Positions 50,863-61,604 of a DNA stretch of 64,000 bases are shown here, one piece after another. Made by a program: the position numbers and the translations under genes. Position 1 is the first letter of the stretch; every line of letters begins with the position of its first letter. The notes beneath the pieces were generated by a model. That model did not search any database and was not told the DNA's origin. It was given only the letters and a program-made list of their open reading frames with translations. Origin of the DNA: Nitrospinales bacterium (GTDB lineage Bacteria; Nitrospinota_A; UBA7883; JACRGQ01); assembly GCA_023248535.1 (NCBI GenBank), contig JAHFEJ010000003.1:29403-93402 (forward strand). The letters run 5' to 3'.

Positions 50863-51227
50863 TGGTTTTCCCTTTATTGTCAATGTCATGCATAAGGTCG
50901 GAAAACCGCGAGTGTATACAAAAGTATTATTTGTGCAGGAAAAAGTTATACATCTGCCAGCGACAGTGCCAGCGCGGGATCGCCGCGCCGAAAAAAAGCT
51001 ATGAGGCGGCAAGCTAATGCAATAGAATGTGCACATATGCGAATACACACCAATCCGAAGCTGACCATCTCATCGGGCAAGTGGCGCGTTGCGCGCTCGA
51101 ACGTTGCGTTCACCTTTCCTGTCCGCCTTCTCCTCCTAAGCCTTTAATCCCCCTACGGCTTTAGGCGCCACTTTTTCGCCATTTATGGCGGCAATCGTTT
51201 AATATAGGCAGGGTAAAGGACAAAAAT

Positions 51228-52747
<1,520 letters not shown>

Positions 52748-52751
<4 letters not shown>

Positions 52752-53623
52752 GCTGGTTTACAAAGAAAAAAATCCCGCTGGGGAAAAGCGAACGCCGGGG
52801 AGGGGTTCCCGAAGGACTCTTCCTGAAATGCGAAGGCTGCGGCGAGATGGTGTATGCCGCCGAGTTCGAAGCCAACTGGCGCGTGTGTAAAAAATGCGGC
52901 AAGCACCACACCATGCCGGCCCGCCGCCGCATCATGTTGCTGATCGACGAAGGCAGCTTTGAGGAGGCCGATGCCGACATGCAGGCGGTGGACGTGCTTA
53001 AATTCAAGGATACCAAGCGGTACCGCGACCGGATCAAGAGCGCGCAAAAAGAGAGCGGCGAAATGGATGCCATCGTCTGCGGCAACGGCAATCTGGACGG
53101 CTATCCCGTCGAAATCGCCGCGTTTGAATTCGGATTTATGGGGGGATCGATGGGGGCGGTGGTGGGTGAAAAAATCACCCGCACCATCGAGCGCGCCGTG
53201 AACAACCGCGCGGCGGTTATCATCGTCTCCTGCTCCGGCGGCGCGCGCATGCAGGAAGGGGCGTTCTCGCTTATGCAAATGGCCAAAACATCGGCCGCGT
53301 TGGCCGAACTGGAAGAGGCCGGGCTGCCCTATCTGTCAGTGCTGGCCCATCCAACCGCGGGCGGCGTCACCGCGTCGTTTGCCATGCTGGGCGATGTCAT
53401 TATCGCCGAACCGGACGCGCTCATCTGTTTTGCCGGCCCGCGCGTCATCGAGCAGACCATCCGCCAAAAACTTCCCGAAGGATTTCAGAAGTCGGAATTC
53501 CTCGTGGAGCACGGTTTTGTGGATATCATCGTGAAGCGCGATGAGCTGAAGGCTTCTATTGCCTCCTTGCTCCGCCACATGGGAACTAAAATGGCCCGCC
53601 GTGTTTCCCCCGCCAACGCTTGA
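52748..53623 (+). CDS. accD: Acetyl-CoA carboxylase carboxyltransferase beta subunit.
   Basis: Zn-finger CEGCGEMVY...CKKCGKH plus the CT domain. ATGA overlap with leuA. Confidence 0.9.
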
Positions 53624-53700
53624 TGTTGCGTATTGGTGGCACGTGTAAATTGGTGGACAGGCCCCCGCAATCAGTTTAGAATTCCCGAATTGCAATTCCC

Positions 53701-53787
53701 GCCGGAGTGGCGAAATTGGTAGACGCAGGGGACTCAAAATCCCCCGTAGGCGACTATGTGCCGGTTCGAGTCCGGCCTCCGGCACCA
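53701..53787 (+). tRNA. tRNA-Leu (anticodon CAA), class II with a long variable arm, CCA-encoded.
   Basis: GCCGGAGTGGCGAAATTGGTAGACGCAGGGGACTCAAAATCCCC...GGTTCGAGTCCGGCCTCCGGCACCA. Confidence 0.9.
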
Positions 53788-53952
53788 CTATTCCAAGGAT
53801 CATGAACCGGGCTTGAAGCGAGGCTCCGGCGCGACCGAAGAGGGAGCGCAACCGGACAGGGACGTCCGGTTAGGAGGCGAGCCGGCCAGGACGAGCCGAA
53901 GCGTGACGCGCAGGCGAGTGATGGCGAGTCCGGCCTCCGGCACCACTATTCC
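53768..53952. repeat. Perfect 27-bp direct repeat of the tRNA-Leu 3' end (gagtccggcctccggcaccactattcc), at 53768-53794 and 53926-53952. att-like.
   Basis: Exact repeat read directly from the sequence. A 131-bp GC-rich spacer lies between the copies. Confidence 0.6.
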
Positions 53953-54081
53953 TCTCGGCACCATTAAAAGTGGTTCGATAGGCTCATTCGAAAAAATGGG
54001 TGGAGGCCACTTCCGCTACAGGTCGGGAAATAATTCGGCAGTTTCCCAATCTTGTTTCCCAAAAAAGCGGAAAGCAGTAAT

Positions 54082-54119
54082 AAAAAAAGCCCCGTGGCCG
54101 AAGCACACGGGGCTTTTTG
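54082..54119. terminator. Bidirectional intrinsic terminator downstream of the RRM gene.
   Basis: aaaaaaa-gccccgtg-gccgaagca-cacggggc-ttttt. Confidence 0.55.
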
Positions 54120-54136
54120 AAAAAGCTCGTTATGGG

Positions 54137-54502
54137 TTAGTAGCGTCCGCCGCCGCCACCGCCGTAACCACCACCACCGCCGCCACGGCCGCCGCGGCCA
54201 CCGCCGCCGCCGCCGAAGCCGCCACGGCCACCGCCACCGCCACCGGTGCGGGGTTCTTGCGGTTTTGCCTCGGCCACGCGCAAGGCGCGCCCTTCAACAC
54301 TGACACCGTTGAGTTGGGCTATCGCCGCTTCCGATTCTTCATCGGTAGCCATTTCAACGAAACCGAACCCTTTGCAGCGATTGGTTTCGCGGTCAATGAT
54401 TACCTTTGCCGATTCCACCGTTCCCGCTTGCTCGAACTGTTCGCGCAGCGATTCGTCGGTTGTGGAATAAGGCAGGTTGCCCACATACAGTTTCTTACCC
54501 AT
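54137..54502 (-). CDS. Glycine-rich RRM-type RNA-binding protein.
   Basis: RNP2 LYVGNL, RNP1 KGFGFVEM, and a C-terminal RGG/GGG tail. Confidence 0.85.
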   Translation of the reverse strand: MGKKLYVGNLPYSTTDESLREQFEQAGTVESAKVIIDRETNRCKGFGFVEMATDEESEAAIAQLNGVSVEGRALRVAEAKPQEPRTGGGGGGRGGFGGGGGGRGGRGGGGGGYGGGGGGRY

Positions 54503-54721
54503 TAGAACTCCAAAAAAACACGTAACATAATTGACCCCGCCGACCGGAACTTAAGCCCACGCTTAATGGATCCCTAAATGCGGAGCATGACTAACGCTTA
54601 AATGCTAACACAATCCCCAAAAGTTGGAAAATTATATTTTTTATTTCCAGAAGGGTTGTACCGCATAAGGGTAAGGCCCCTATTTTGCGATGCTTGGATA
54701 ATCCTCTATTATGTGGATTAT

Positions 54722-55492
54722 ATGCGAACAAAGCGGTGGCTTTATCTGGGCATTGGGGCCGCCGCCGGGTTTTTTGGCGGGCTGGTCGGGCTGGGCGGGG
54801 GTATCGTCATGGTGCCGCTGTTAACCGGCGCGGCGGGATTTTCACAACGCCGCGCCCATGGCACCAGTTTGGCTGCGCTGGTTTTCACCGGTATTGCGGG
54901 GGCCGCCACATATGCGTTGTCCGGCGCGGTTGATTTACTGGCGGCGGCGGCGTTGGCATCCACCGCCGTGCTTTCGGCGGGGGCCGGCGCGCGGAACGCG
55001 CATCACCTTCCGGCGGAAAAGCTCAAGCGGTATTTCGGGATTTTTCAACTGGGGATCGCCGCGTTGCTCTTCGCGAAACCGTGGCTTGTGCAAGGGGGCG
55101 CTCCCGCCGTGTGGACTAAAATTATTTTATTGCTGGCCACAGGGGCCTTCACAGGGTATCTCTCCGGGATGATGGGGGTTGGCGGCGGATCGATCATGGT
55201 TCCCGCCATGGTGCTGCTGGCCGGGATGGGGCAGCATGTGGCGCAGGGGAGCGCGCTATTGGCGATGGTTCCGGCGGGCATTGCCGGCGGGGCGGCGCAC
55301 CACCGGCTGGGGAACGTGGCGAAGGATGCGTTGTGGTGGCTGCTGCCGGGGATCGTGGCGGGCACGTTTGCCGGGGGGCGGGCGGCTGCGGCTATCGACG
55401 GCGATTGGCTGCGGATGCTGTTTGCCTGTGTGCTGGTTTATGTGGGGACGCGGTACGCCATGACCCCCGCGGCGGCGGAAAAACCGGCATAA
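54722..55492 (+). CDS. TauE/SafE-family (DUF81) sulfite/anion exporter.
   Basis: Two repeated G-rich TM motifs (GGLVGLGGGIVMVP / GMMGVGGGSIMVP). Confidence 0.85.
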   Translation: MRTKRWLYLGIGAAAGFFGGLVGLGGGIVMVPLLTGAAGFSQRRAHGTSLAALVFTGIAGAATYALSGAVDLLAAAALASTAVLSAGAGARNAHHLPAEKLKRYFGIFQLGIAALLFAKPWLVQGGAPAVWTKIILLLATGAFTGYLSGMMGVGGGSIMVPAMVLLAGMGQHVAQGSALLAMVPAGIAGGAAHHRLGNVAKDALWWLLPGIVAGTFAGGRAAAAIDGDWLRMLFACVLVYVGTRYAMTPAAAEKPA

Positions 55493-55589
55493 CCGGCTTT
55501 CATGCTTTTCGTTCTTTTCAGCCAGAGGCGCCCATCCCCTCCAAATCCTCCAGCCGCTCCAAAAAACCGGAAAATACCCCCGCGGAAGG

Positions 55590-55630
55590 ATAAATTGTTT
55601 GGGCATGAATTGTCACAAAATTGTGAGATT
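55590..55630 (+). promoter_or_regulatory. Candidate operator upstream of the WYL regulator gene: three AATTGT repeats at helical spacing, including the inverted repeat TCACAA-aa-TTGTGA.
   Basis: taaATTGTttgggcatgaATTGTcacaaaATTGTgagatt. Confidence 0.35.
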
Positions 55631-55764
55631 TCAAAAATCCTAAATCCTAGGTTTCTTCTACCAAGACCGAAAAGAGCCATCTCCATTCATTGGGCTTGAC
55701 GAACCAGCATAAAGCGGCATCTGCGATATGTGCGATACGCAGAAAAAGGACGTAAAATGATTTC

Positions 55765-56778
55765 ATGAAAAAGGATTCACGGCCACTTTTAACGCCGAGC
55801 CAGAAACAGATAGCAATCATATTTAGACTTCTTGCTTCGCCTGAAGGCATTGCAGTTTCGGCACTCATGCGGGACTACGAATTATCCTATAGGACATTCA
55901 GAAATTATTTGACTCATTTTCAAAACATACCGGATTTGGCCGATGACTTGGGTGACCCGCTCGTCATGGAAGATATCCGAGAAGGCGTTAAATATCTTCG
56001 GCTGAAACTTTCCATGATAGACGGCTCAAAAACTTCAGAACAACGTGCGCTGGCATTTTTATCTGGGATTTTATTGGAATTCCTTGAAGGAACCACTTTT
56101 TATGAGTCGTTACAGCAATTGGGTCACATCCATTCAAGCGATGGCATGAGGATTTTAGGGGTCAAATATCTTGACAGAAAAATATATTCAAAATTGCTAC
56201 ATCCCAAAATTTACGCCGGCAAAAGCGAGATTTTGAAGAAATCTATTTCAGTAGTCTTAAATCAGCGAAAAATCGACGTTAAATACAAAAGCCGAACGTC
56301 TAAATCGTTAGAGATGATAAAGCAATTTAAGCCGTACACTGTGCTGCATTACAGGTCAGGTCTTTATCTGGTGGGGGAATGCACACGCCAAGAAATGGGA
56401 AAGATTATTTACTTGGCAATCGAGCGTATCGATGAGTTAAAGGTTTTAAAGGAATCTTTCCATTACCCTGGCAATTATTCTCCCCAAAAGCTTGTATCAG
56501 ATTCGTTCGGGATAATGAAAGGGGGCAAAAGTTTCCATGTAGAGCTATTGTTCAAAAAGAACGTTGCGGAGCAAATCAAGGAGAGGCTCTGGCATAAAAC
56601 TCAAAAGATAGTCCAACTAAAAAACAAAGAGATTAAGCTCACCTTTACCGTATCTTCTCTTGACGAAGTGATTAATTGGGTGTTGAGCTACGGTGATAAC
56701 GTCAAAGTGCTGCAACCTGTCGAATTAAAGAATCTGGCGCTGAAGAGAGCACAGGAATTCCTCTTTCATAATTCTTAA
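55765..56778 (+). CDS. HTH-WYL-WCX transcriptional regulator (BrxR/CapW-like).
   Basis: N-terminal wHTH (IAVSALMRDYELSYRTFRNYL), central WYL-like motif LHYRSGLYLVGEC, and a C-terminal extension. Low GC. Confidence 0.65.
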   Translation: MKKDSRPLLTPSQKQIAIIFRLLASPEGIAVSALMRDYELSYRTFRNYLTHFQNIPDLADDLGDPLVMEDIREGVKYLRLKLSMIDGSKTSEQRALAFLSGILLEFLEGTTFYESLQQLGHIHSSDGMRILGVKYLDRKIYSKLLHPKIYAGKSEILKKSISVVLNQRKIDVKYKSRTSKSLEMIKQFKPYTVLHYRSGLYLVGECTRQEMGKIIYLAIERIDELKVLKESFHYPGNYSPQKLVSDSFGIMKGGKSFHVELLFKKNVAEQIKERLWHKTQKIVQLKNKEIKLTFTVSSLDEVINWVLSYGDNVKVLQPVELKNLALKRAQEFLFHNS

Positions 56779-56851
56779 ATATTTCTCTTTGTCCCTCAAT
56801 TAATTTGAAAAGTGAAAAATTCCTGCAAGTAAATATGGTTTATATAGACCA

Positions 56852-57721
56852 ATGGAATCTTACAATAAATATCTGCCTGATGTCAGTGCAGTCGTGCATG
56901 AAGCAATCAAGCATTTAGAAATGCTCTACCATCGAAAAGAATCAATCCACGGCATTCCAACGGGTTTTAAAAAGCTAGATAAAATGACGGCTGGATTTCA
57001 GGGTGGAGACCTCATCGTCTTCGCGGGCCTTCCCTCAACGGGGAAGAGTCTCATTTGCAGTAACATGGCGGAACATATGGCCGTATATGAAGCAAGGAGT
57101 GTTGCCTATTTTTCATTAGAAATGAGCAGCATTCAGGTGGTGTTACGTATGATTTCATCTATGGCCGCTATCGATATCCTGAAAATGAGAGCCGGTTTCC
57201 TGTCGGAAGACGATTGGTGCAAGATAAAAGCTGCGGGCAACAGTCTCACGGCTTCAAAAATCCATTTTGATGACGCACCAGCCCAGACCGTGTATGACAT
57301 TCGTTGGAAGGCAATTCTTAGGAAGGCTAAAGCCGGGTTGGACATACTATTTATTGATGACCTTGGACTTATTATGGAGCATCGCCAACCCGAAAATCGT
57401 ACACATGAAATTCGAGAAATCATCCGTTGCCTTAAAGATCTAGCACGCGAATTAAATATTCCAGTCGTTGTCACGTCAAAGCTCATGAAAAAAGGTAAAG
57501 GCCCCCTTGGCAAGCAGCCTCAAGAGGTCAATTTTGGTGAGTTCGGAGCCATTGAGCAGTTCGCTGATCTGGTGTGCCTTGTTAATCGCAAAATATATGA
57601 TTTCATCGAAGAAGCAGGGAGTTCATCAGCAGAGATCATTATTGTTAAGCATCGTAATGGCCCGATAGGCAAAATCCCTTTGGTTTTTTCAAATAGCTTT
57701 ATCAGATTTGATAACCCGTAA
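56852..57721 (+). CDS. Stand-alone DnaB-C-terminal-like RecA-fold ATPase (no N-terminal helicase or primase-binding domain).
   Basis: Walker A GLPSTGKS, SLEMS, Walker B ILFIDDLGLI and an arginine-finger region, as in the DnaB/KaiC/RadA ATPase core. Only 289 aa. Confidence 0.65.
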   Translation: MESYNKYLPDVSAVVHEAIKHLEMLYHRKESIHGIPTGFKKLDKMTAGFQGGDLIVFAGLPSTGKSLICSNMAEHMAVYEARSVAYFSLEMSSIQVVLRMISSMAAIDILKMRAGFLSEDDWCKIKAAGNSLTASKIHFDDAPAQTVYDIRWKAILRKAKAGLDILFIDDLGLIMEHRQPENRTHEIREIIRCLKDLARELNIPVVVTSKLMKKGKGPLGKQPQEVNFGEFGAIEQFADLVCLVNRKIYDFIEEAGSSSAEIIIVKHRNGPIGKIPLVFSNSFIRFDNP

Positions 57722-57786
57722 TATGCGATGCCTGATATTGAAAGAAAGATGTTGAGAAGGACGGTGAGAACCCTAATAGAAAAAGA

Positions 57787-58788
57787 GTGGATAATATGAA
57801 GGGGATTGCAAATAATCCAGTCATTTCCGGTGAAACACTCAATACGAGTCCATGCTTCAGCTTTTTACGCGACACTGGTTCACTTCATGTTGATTTTAGT
57901 CCGTGGATTAGCCTTTTAATGCGCATCGGCCCGGCGGAAACGGAGTTTCAGGTTGAATGCCAATATGGCAGTGAGGTGTGGTTGCCAGAGGCGCCATACT
58001 TTGAGCCTAAACTGCCATTCCTCGACTTCAACGATCCTGCAATAAATAGTTTCTTGGATCGAATTGAAAAGCGCGATGTAGAGGCGTCAAAATCGTTCCC
58101 AGAATACCAGCTTACTTTTCTTAGAATATTATCAAGTGCACCTGAAATGCATCAGTTGCTGGATTTTCGGCTTTTGGCCGTGCTCATTGCAGAGGCCGTA
58201 GCTTCCGGGGAGGTCGATATGCAAGAACTTCCAGCAATATTAAGGAATGATCGAAAAGAAATTCTTATCCGCGTTGCGGGATGTGAAGAAACCGGGCAGG
58301 AAGCATTGAACATCTTAAATAAACTACAACTATCCAATCTCGGTTTGGGTAATAGAATGTGGTGCAATGACGGCAATTTGGCGGTAATAAAGCGGGCGTT
58401 GAAATCAAAAACCAGCGTGATGTCGCTTAACAGGTATCCAATAATCACACAGTCATTGTTACGGTTATCGCTTGATGCGCCAGAGCTGGTGTCTTCGCAA
58501 TTGATGAGAACGGAGATTGCCAATAATCCTAATGACATCGAGGAAACCATTTTGACGATACGGGCGGTGTTCGATCAAGCAAAGCGCATGAAAAGGGCGA
58601 AAATACAAAAAAATCAGTTAACGGTTAAGTATGTTCTGGGATATGCCTATGGGGGGTACTTCGTGTGCAGAGAGCAGGGAGATGACGGAAACGCTGATTT
58701 GATGATTAGGCTAATGGAGAGCATAGGCCTTAATTGGCCAAAAGATAAAGATTTGTTAGGTGAAGATGGTTATCGTGGCTTGATTTAA
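57787..58788 (+). CDS. Hypothetical protein (island gene 3).
   Basis: Long ORF with island-type codon usage. No recognisable motif. Confidence 0.45.
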   Translation: MDNMKGIANNPVISGETLNTSPCFSFLRDTGSLHVDFSPWISLLMRIGPAETEFQVECQYGSEVWLPEAPYFEPKLPFLDFNDPAINSFLDRIEKRDVEASKSFPEYQLTFLRILSSAPEMHQLLDFRLLAVLIAEAVASGEVDMQELPAILRNDRKEILIRVAGCEETGQEALNILNKLQLSNLGLGNRMWCNDGNLAVIKRALKSKTSVMSLNRYPIITQSLLRLSLDAPELVSSQLMRTEIANNPNDIEETILTIRAVFDQAKRMKRAKIQKNQLTVKYVLGYAYGGYFVCREQGDDGNADLMIRLMESIGLNWPKDKDLLGEDGYRGLI

Positions 58789-58870
58789 AGAGTGCTGGGA
58801 TTCGGTATAGGTTTGCCCTCCTTACGAATAAGTTGTATAAATAATCAACAATTAATGTTGGGGAGATTTC

Positions 58871-59839
58871 ATGAAAAGAGGCTTGTCTCCAGAGTTTGCC
58901 AAGCAGTTGGAAGATAAGGGAGGTCTTCTAAACAAGTTCCTGGAAGTGGTCAAGAAGGATTCCACTCTTTGTCTTGAGATTCGGAACAATGCCATAAATG
59001 TTTACTATAGAGGTGGAAGCTTATTCAAAATTGAAGATAAAAAAAATGGATTTGAATATGCCATTTCATTCAATAAAAAATATTTCATGGGAAATTCTCA
59101 TAGTGATTTGCCCCAAATTATAAAAGCGGAAAATGACGTTGCATCGGAATGGATAAGAAAGGTGCCCGATCTGAAAAATGCAATGGATTTATTTTTTGGA
59201 AAGCATCCTAAAAATGAACGCGAATTTCAGCAGCTTATTTTAAGGGAAAACAACCAAGGAGCGTTGGGGCGAAGCACGGACTATTTTATTTGTGACATAG
59301 AATATGACAATCGGGAAGGTGCTCGATTTGACCTGATAGCGGTCAAGTGGCCAAGCACACCAAAGGACAGAAAAAATGCCAAGTACCTTAGATTGGCCTT
59401 TATTGAGAAAAAATATTTAGACGGCGCTTTGAGGAGTGCATCAACACCAGCCAAAATGGAAAGGCCAGGAATATCGAAACACTTACGCGACATGCGCGAA
59501 TACCTTAAGCCAAGCACCGTCGAGAATTTAAAAAAGGAAATGAAAGAAGTAGTCAACCTGAAGAAGAAATTAGGATTGATTAACATTCCCGATGAAATTG
59601 AAAGCTTCAGCAATGAAAAACCCGAATTTATTCTATTATTGGCAAACCACGATCCTGCCTCGAAAATATTAATTGAGGAACTCCGCAAAATTGATGAAAA
59701 GAAATTATCTGACATGCCGTTTGATTTAAAATTCGCTGTGAGCAATTTTATGGGTTACGGATTATTCAATGAGTGTATATACACTTTGAGCGAATTTAAG
59801 GCTCGATTTGCAAAGCAAATATATTCGGGGCCCGCCTAA
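58871..59839 (+). CDS. Hypothetical protein (island gene 4). Possible PD-(D/E)xK-like nuclease core.
   Basis: YFICDIEYD...RFDLIAVKW has the hydrophobic-strand-D ... hydrophobic-strand-xK spacing. This is weak evidence. Confidence 0.45.
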   Translation: MKRGLSPEFAKQLEDKGGLLNKFLEVVKKDSTLCLEIRNNAINVYYRGGSLFKIEDKKNGFEYAISFNKKYFMGNSHSDLPQIIKAENDVASEWIRKVPDLKNAMDLFFGKHPKNEREFQQLILRENNQGALGRSTDYFICDIEYDNREGARFDLIAVKWPSTPKDRKNAKYLRLAFIEKKYLDGALRSASTPAKMERPGISKHLRDMREYLKPSTVENLKKEMKEVVNLKKKLGLINIPDEIESFSNEKPEFILLLANHDPASKILIEELRKIDEKKLSDMPFDLKFAVSNFMGYGLFNECIYTLSEFKARFAKQIYSGPA

Positions 59840-59853
59840 GCGCCTTTAGGAAA

Positions 59854-61095
59854 ATGAATAACAATGTGAAGGTGGTAATTCACCGTGGGTCTCATGAAAT
59901 TGGGGGAACATGCATATCCATTACTACTCCCAAAACAAAACTGCTTCTTGATGCTGGAATGCCGCTTTCTGATGCCAGCGTCGGGATTGATATAAACTCC
60001 ATCAAGCCCGATGCGGTTTTTATAAGTCACCCGCACACCGATCATTTTGGAATGATGGAGACAGTTGATCCATCCATTCCAGTATATATGGGTCAGTTAA
60101 GCAAGAAGTTGATCGACTCGACAAGGATGTTCATTCGGAAAAGGCCCCTCATTAATAAAACTGTCATTTTTAAGCCGGGGGAAACAATTGTCGTTAATAA
60201 TGACATTCATGTCACCCCGCATCTTGTTGACCACTCCTCCGCCGAATCTTTTGCCTTTGAAATTGAGGCCGATGGAAAACGTCTTTTTTATAGCGGCGAC
60301 TTCAGGGGACATGGGAACAAAGGCCAGCTTTTTGAGCAGATGTTGAAAAATCCTCCTAAAAATATTGATGTGATGTTTATGGAAGGTACATGCATCCAGA
60401 GGAGTAACGACATCTTCCCAACTGAACATTCCGTGTTTAAAGTGATATTGGAAGTGCTGGAAGGACAGGCCAATATTTCCTTTTTGATTTCCTCCGCCCA
60501 AAACATAGATCGCTTAGTATGGGCACATCATGCGTGTCAGGATGCCGGTAAAATCATGGTGATTGATTTGTATATGGCATGGGTTTTGGAAGCCCTTTCT
60601 TCTGTTTCAGATAAAACACCCACCATGGCCAGCCCAAACGTTAAAGTCTTTATAGATTTCAACTTCTATAGCGCATTAAATAACAACCGCCTGGCCTATA
60701 ACGATTTCATACACCGGGCATTCCAGAAAAGGGTCAAAGAAGAGCAATTGCGGGCAAATCCTGCTGGATACCTATACTGTTCCAGAATTTCCGGATGCAG
60801 AAGGATGAAGGCCTTTGCCAAGCATGGAAAGATAAACATTATTTATTCCCAGTGGAGAGGATACCTTGAAAAGAAAGAGGATCGCAAAGTACAGGAGTTC
60901 AATGCTCTGGCAGAAAAGAACAATTATGTTTATGCGCATACGAGCGGACATGCGCCATTAAGCGATTTGAAAAAGCTGGCCCAAGCAATTAATCCCCAAA
61001 TGCTTGTCCCGATACATACTGAGCACGCAAGTGAATTTAAAAAGCATTTCAGCAATGTTTATGAGGCCACGGACAACTTTGGTTTTGAAGTGTAA
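59854..61095 (+). CDS. Metallo-beta-lactamase-fold beta-CASP-family nuclease (RNase J/CPSF73-like architecture).
   Basis: MBL motifs LLDAG, HPHTDH, H in VTPHLVDH, and SGDFRG. beta-CASP motif A-like MEGTC and motif C HTSGHA. Confidence 0.65.
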   Translation: MNNNVKVVIHRGSHEIGGTCISITTPKTKLLLDAGMPLSDASVGIDINSIKPDAVFISHPHTDHFGMMETVDPSIPVYMGQLSKKLIDSTRMFIRKRPLINKTVIFKPGETIVVNNDIHVTPHLVDHSSAESFAFEIEADGKRLFYSGDFRGHGNKGQLFEQMLKNPPKNIDVMFMEGTCIQRSNDIFPTEHSVFKVILEVLEGQANISFLISSAQNIDRLVWAHHACQDAGKIMVIDLYMAWVLEALSSVSDKTPTMASPNVKVFIDFNFYSALNNNRLAYNDFIHRAFQKRVKEEQLRANPAGYLYCSRISGCRRMKAFAKHGKINIIYSQWRGYLEKKEDRKVQEFNALAEKNNYVYAHTSGHAPLSDLKKLAQAINPQMLVPIHTEHASEFKKHFSNVYEATDNFGFEV

Positions 61096-61121
61096 GCTGG
61101 CCATTAAGATTCGGAGGGTAA

Positions 61122-61604
61122 ATGAAAAAAGACACGGCAAAAAAACTCAAGATGGTCATTGAGGGAATTGCCCAAAAAATTGAGCGCCATAAAAAACTGG
61201 TTGCTGGCGGGTGTCCAGCTGTGGGCATTTTCTGGTTTCTTAAAAAGAAGTCTGGACGGCTTGAGATGTATGCACCCGGAACTCCTGGGATTCCCTATAA
61301 ACTGGGCGAAGACGATGGGGAGTTTATTAACTACCCCGTTAGCCACTACCATGAATGGCGTGACATGAAAGTAATGTTCAAGAAGAATGTGAAGAACCGT
61401 ATTTATCCTGAACCATTTGATGCCTACATAGACAAAGAATATGATGACGCTCCACGCGGGAGGATTGTTTATTCAAAGTTGAATAAGAAATTCTACGTTC
61501 ATGTGACAAAATCTCTTATGAAGCCACGAATCAAAACGCTTATTTGCAAGGAATTCAGACTACCGGCAAACACAGTCTTCATGAATGATGAGCATTATGG
61601 CTAG
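61122..61604 (+). CDS. Hypothetical small protein (island gene 6).
   Basis: ORF with island codon usage, 27 bp after the beta-CASP gene. Confidence 0.45.
   Translation: MKKDTAKKLKMVIEGIAQKIERHKKLVAGGCPAVGIFWFLKKKSGRLEMYAPGTPGIPYKLGEDDGEFINYPVSHYHEWRDMKVMFKKNVKNRIYPEPFDAYIDKEYDDAPRGRIVYSKLNKKFYVHVTKSLMKPRIKTLICKEFRLPANTVFMNDEHYG

Noticed and set aside
50731-51048. 105-aa minus-strand ORF in the leuA upstream region.
   Set aside because: It overlaps the predicted sigma-54 promoter and leader hairpins, is Cys/Phe-rich and low-complexity, and has no RBS. Treated as non-coding leader.
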